Source: Planctomycetota bacterium | GTDB taxonomy: Bacteria; Planctomycetota; GCA-002687715; CAIWVZ01 | Length of the DNA stretch: 64,000 bases | Assembly (NCBI GenBank): GCA_044222185.1 | Contig: JBGANV010000001.1 | Span: 1,472,001 to 1,536,000 of the forward strand | Direction: 5' to 3' | Shown: one piece after another, positions 60,395 through 64,000 of the stretch | Numbering within the stretch: position 1 is the first letter of the stretch | Layout of the letters: each line of letters begins with the position of its first letter | Translations under genes and position numbers: made by a program | The notes under the pieces: model-generated | Told to the model about the DNA's origin: nothing | What the model saw: only the letters and a program-made list of their open reading frames with translations | Database searches by the model: none

Positions 60395-60957
60395 GGCTCC
60401 GACTCGTCGTCGTCCTCCTCGACCTCATCGTCTTCGTCCCCGAGGTCGGGCTCATCCGCCTCGCCGGCCTCCGGGAAGACCTCGGGTGCTGGTTGCGCTT
60501 CCTCGAGGGACTTGAGCCGATCCGTCGCATCCTCCGCCATCTCGAAGGCGCGGCGCGTCATGAGCAGCGGCACCTTCGCCTTGAGGTGGAGCACGATCGA
60601 ATCGGACGCGCGGGCGTCGATGCGTACCTCGTGACTTGCCGCACTCCCGTCATCAGCGGGCCGCACGAGGATCACCGTTGCGCAGTAGACGTTGTTGACG
60701 ATCGCCGAGATCACCACGCTCCGGACCTCGATGTCGAAGCCCTTCATCACGTAGTCCAGAAGGTCGTGGGTGGAGGGACGCTCGGCGCGGGCGTCCCGAA
60801 GTTCTCGATCGATCGCCGCGCCCTCGGCGGGCCCGACGAAGATCAGCATCTTCTTCTCGGGGTGCGAGACCACGACCCCGACGCCGGTGCCCTCGGGAAC
60901 GGAAAATGCCCGTTCCACCGTCACTTCGAGCAGCTCGAGGCCCCGGTCTTTCGACAT
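60391..60957 (-). CDS. bifunctional nuclease (DUF151/BFN) family protein
   Basis: IFVGPAEGAAI...RPSTHDLL...IDARASDSI; acidic tail. Confidence 0.9.
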   Translation of the reverse strand: MSKDRGLELLEVTVERAFSVPEGTGVGVVVSHPEKKMLIFVGPAEGAAIDRELRDARAERPSTHDLLDYVMKGFDIEVRSVVISAIVNNVYCATVILVRPADDGSAASHEVRIDARASDSIVLHLKAKVPLLMTRRAFEMAEDATDRLKSLEEAQPAPEVFPEAGEADEPDLGDEDDEVEEDDDESEP

Positions 60958-61017
60958 GAGGGTCCCATCCTTCCGCCCCGGGAGCGCGCCATCAACATGC
61001 GCGACCGCGAAGCGCCG

Positions 61018-61647
61018 TCACGAATCGCGGATGGTGACCGGGGTCCCCACCGGAACGGCATCGTAAAGCTCGTTCACGTCGGCGTTCGAGAGAGCCACGC
61101 TTCCGTCCGTGAAGTGACGATCGCGGAAGAAGAAGTAGTTTCCCTGGATCCCGAGCGCTCCGCCGAGATCCGTGTCTGCCGGCGGTGCCCTGCCGAGGTC
61201 GTGTGCGTCGAGGATCCGGCGGAACGCGGCATCGTCGATGGCGCCGCAGTTGCGAGCGGCCCTCGCATTGTCGCGATTCGGGAAGTCGAGAAGCATGAAG
61301 CGCGACCCGTGATCGAGCGGACCACGCCGCATGGCCTTCTCGATGATCTTGAACTCGCCAGTCGGAGTGCTCTGGTAGGCCTTCCCGATCCGACCGGCGA
61401 CGGGAGACTTTCCGAACGCTGCCTCGTATCGGCGCACCAGCGTCTCACCGTCCCAGAGCTCGAGCGCCCCTCGACCGACGACGATCTCGATGTGAGGCTC
61501 GGCGAGCGGATAGGTGAGATTGAGCTCCCGCGCCTGCGCCGGAATCCCACGCGGTGCCCACTCCTGGAGGTAGGCCCCCATCACCAGAACGGCGATGGAA
61601 CTCGAGAGCCAGAACGCTCGCTGAGCCCATTTCCAGAGTGCCATCAT
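61018..61647 (-). CDS. L,D-transpeptidase (YkuD)-like protein, catalytic His and Cys replaced
   Basis: N-terminal TM; TPTGEF, LDFPN, LGGALGIQG...FTDGSVAL...VPVGTPVTI. Confidence 0.85.
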   Translation of the reverse strand: MMALWKWAQRAFWLSSSIAVLVMGAYLQEWAPRGIPAQARELNLTYPLAEPHIEIVVGRGALELWDGETLVRRYEAAFGKSPVAGRIGKAYQSTPTGEFKIIEKAMRRGPLDHGSRFMLLDFPNRDNARAARNCGAIDDAAFRRILDAHDLGRAPPADTDLGGALGIQGNYFFFRDRHFTDGSVALSNADVNELYDAVPVGTPVTIRDS

Positions 61648-61784
61648 GTGAGACCGCCCGCGAGCGTCGTCCACCGGGACGAACGGCGCGCCTGCGTCCT
61701 GGATCGACGCACCGGCCGTCGCACCTCAACTCCCGCGACAAAAAAACCGACAGCCCCGACACAGCGAGCGACCGTGCGGAACGT

Positions 61785-62948
61785 CTACGCGCGGTGAGCT
61801 TTGGCGGGATCGAGGTCGCGCAGGTATCGCGCGCCAGCGCGAACGATCCGCAGCGCCTCGTCGACCTCGTCGATGGTGTTCGACTCGCAACACGAGAATC
61901 GAACGGCACCATGAAGCCACTCGTAGGTGAGCCCCATGGCTTCGAGAACGTGGCTACCTCCGAATTGCGCCGCGCTGCACGCCGACCCTGCGGACACACA
62001 AAGTCCGTCGCGCGCGACGGTGAGAACGACGGCCGAACCTTCGATGCCTCGGAACGAGACGTTCACGGTTCCGGGGATGCGCCCGTTCGGGGCGCCGTTC
62101 AATCGGGTGCCATCGATCGAAAGCAACCCCGCCTGAAGGTGGTCGCCAAGCCGCTGAAGGTGCGCGCGGCGGTCGGCGATCCCGTGCATGACGTGGCGCG
62201 CTGCAGCGGCCATTCCCAGGATCCCAGGCGTGTTCTCCGTCCCTGCGCGTCGCCCACCCTCGTGGGGCGCGCCGACGAGGAACTTGCGGAAGCGTGCGTT
62301 ACGCCGGACGTAGAGCAGGCCGACGCCTTTGGGTCCATGAAACTTGTGCGCCGACAGCGAAAGGAAGTCGCAGTTGAGCGCATCGACGTCGATCTCCGCC
62401 TTTCCGATCGCCTGCGTCGCGTCGACGTGGAACGGGATGCCGCGTTCTCTGCAGAGCGCGCCGAGTTCGACCACAGGCAGGAGCACGCCCGTCTCGTTGT
62501 TCGAGAACATCGCCGAGCAGATCGTCACGCCCGGCGTGAGGACGCGCCTCGCCTGTTCCATGTCGAGTGCGCCATCGCCATCGACGCCGATCACGTCGAC
62601 GCGCGCACCCAGAGACTTGAGGTGGGCCGCCACTTCGATCGTGGCCTCGTGCTCCACGGCCGTGGTGACGATTCGGGCCGGTGTTTCGCGCGCCGCCACG
62701 AACGCCCCGCGAAGCGCCGTGTTCGTGGCTTCCGTAGCACCTGCCGTGAAGACGATCTCGGTCGGACGCGCGTGGATGAGCTCGGCCATCACCGCTCGCG
62801 CCGCATCGACCTCGCGGCGTGCCGCCTCGCCCGGCCCGTGGTGGGACGATGGGTTTCCCCAGGCGTCCGTCAGCGCGCGCGTCACCGCCTCGACGACCGA
62901 TGGAAGCGGTTTCGTCGTCGCGTTGTTGTCGAAGTAGAGCGTCCTCAT
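61785..62948 (-). CDS. cysteine desulfurase (NifS/IscS)
   Basis: YFDNNATT, WGNPSS, NNETG, HVDATQ, SAHKFHGPKG, RAGTEN, SAGSAC. Confidence 0.95.
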   Translation of the reverse strand: MRTLYFDNNATTKPLPSVVEAVTRALTDAWGNPSSHHGPGEAARREVDAARAVMAELIHARPTEIVFTAGATEATNTALRGAFVAARETPARIVTTAVEHEATIEVAAHLKSLGARVDVIGVDGDGALDMEQARRVLTPGVTICSAMFSNNETGVLLPVVELGALCRERGIPFHVDATQAIGKAEIDVDALNCDFLSLSAHKFHGPKGVGLLYVRRNARFRKFLVGAPHEGGRRAGTENTPGILGMAAAARHVMHGIADRRAHLQRLGDHLQAGLLSIDGTRLNGAPNGRIPGTVNVSFRGIEGSAVVLTVARDGLCVSAGSACSAAQFGGSHVLEAMGLTYEWLHGAVRFSCCESNTIDEVDEALRIVRAGARYLRDLDPAKAHRA

Positions 62949-63202
62949 CGGTCGCGTCCTTTCCGCGAAAACAGTCGCCAGAGGAAGCGCAACGGACCAC
63001 GAGCGCGACGCGCGTCGCGCTCCTGCCTCATGATCACTTCGATGTCCGGAAGACATGACCGGCAGCCAGTCCCGGCGCGGCACGCGACGCCGATGTCGCG
63101 AGGGTCTCGCGGTGCAGTCGCGCGCACAACCTCCCGCACACGGCCGGCGGTGACGTTGTGACAGAAACAGAGCGTTTGATCGTCCTTGCGCCAATCGTTC
63201 AT
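62945..63202 (-). CDS. BFD-like [2Fe-2S] protein
   Basis: LCFCHNVT...AGTGCRSC; 4-nt overlaps with both neighbours. Confidence 0.88.
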   Translation of the reverse strand: MNDWRKDDQTLCFCHNVTAGRVREVVRATAPRDPRDIGVACRAGTGCRSCLPDIEVIMRQERDARRARGPLRFLWRLFSRKGRDR

Positions 63203-64000
63203 CGGCGGCGCTCCGCCTCCGCGACGGCGACGATCAGCATGGCGGCAAGCCTCGCGGCCATCGTCGCATTCGACGGCTCGACCATCACCGTACGCTCGGC
63301 CGTATCCAACGACGTTCCCGACACGGGGCAGCAGTCGAGGACCGGAGCTCCCGGGGCGGACTCCGTCGGTGTCTTGCGGGTGTCGCTCGGATTCGAGTCT
63401 GCGCCGCGACGGCATCGACCGAACCCGGAGCACAACAGCAGGCCCGTCCCGCGCGGGCTGTCGTCGAACCAGTTCGACTGGGGCTCGACGGCGAGTGTTT
63501 CGAACTCGGGCCAGAATCCGCGCCGGCCCCGGAAGCGAGACAAGAGCTTCGCGGCCACGGCGCCCGTCGGGGACTCGGTCGGGCCCGTGGCGCCGATCGC
63601 GTAGAGACATTCCCGTTGAGCGCCCAGACCAAGACGTCCGAATGCCAGCCGAAATCGCTTTCCCGCGGCAGGCGGTTCGTTCTGCGTCCGGGGAGACCAG
63701 CTTCCGCGAAACTCGAGCGTGAGCGCGATGGGCCACGGCTCCTTTGCGGCCACGAGGAGCCTCGCCACTTCGAGCAACGCGGCAACCCCCGCGGCGGACT
63801 CGTCGGCGCCAGGCCCGCCGGATTGCGTCGCGAGGCAAGCGATCAACCGGATCTCCGGTCGGCCGACGGCGTCGTTCATCGCCACGACGACGTCCTCGAC
63901 CGCGGCGAGCCGCTTCTTCGTGCGGACCTCGGCGATCACACGCGGTGGCGGGTCGATCGCGAGCGCTGATTGCAGGCGCGCTGCGTCGTCGGCCGTCACG
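63199..64000 (-). CDS. peptidase M28-like protein, 3' part (begins outside window)
   Basis: PGADESAAGVAALLEVAR resembles M28 GADDNASGxAxLLExAR. Confidence 0.55.
   Translation of the reverse strand, partial: VTADDAARLQSALAIDPPPRVIAEVRTKKRLAAVEDVVVAMNDAVGRPEIRLIACLATQSGGPGADESAAGVAALLEVARLLVAAKEPWPIALTLEFRGSWSPRTQNEPPAAGKRFRLAFGRLGLGAQRECLYAIGATGPTESPTGAVAAKLLSRFRGRRGFWPEFETLAVEPQSNWFDDSPRGTGLLLCSGFGRCRRGADSNPSDTRKTPTESAPGAPVLDCCPVSGTSLDTAERTVMVEPSNATMAARLAAMLIVAVAEAERRR

Overview
GC-rich bacterial chromosome segment, probably Planctomycetota (inferred from a short-NTD NusA, a small protein resembling a planctomycete family, an ECF sigma paired with Ser/Thr kinases, and planctomycete-like secreted proteins). 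Most of it is housekeeping and envelope genes: thiS/thiG/thiC, an NtrC-type two-component pair, nusA-infB-rbfA, GT9, suhB, rarA, dacB, galE, purC, mtnA, system II cytochrome c biogenesis, folE, nth and nifS-bfd. Four things stand out. (1) A mirror-image cassette at 43.2-52.6 kb: one ECF sigma factor flanked on each side by a membrane Ser/Thr kinase-FGE(SUMF1) receptor and then a paralogous ~540-aa secreted protein of unrecognised family. Both secreted genes carry the same upstream motif GTCCG-N16-CCAAGTA, a candidate ECF promoter. (2) An unannotated structured small RNA candidate at ~36.29-36.45 kb (minus) behind a well-formed sigma54 promoter. (3) A sugar-phosphate (SPU-like) microcompartment operon with three pentamer genes, encapsulation-peptide-bearing RpiB and DeoC, and uridine phosphorylase. 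Together with the 5'-nucleotidase-nupC-PNP-cdd operon and a divergent phosphomutase it suggests a nucleotide-to-microcompartment catabolic route. (4) Apparent pseudo-enzymes: a CcoN homologue lacking the CuB histidine pair and an L,D-transpeptidase with both catalytic residues replaced. Many genes appear leaderless. No rRNA, tRNA, CRISPR array or mobile element was seen. All family calls come from motif recognition by eye, not database searches.
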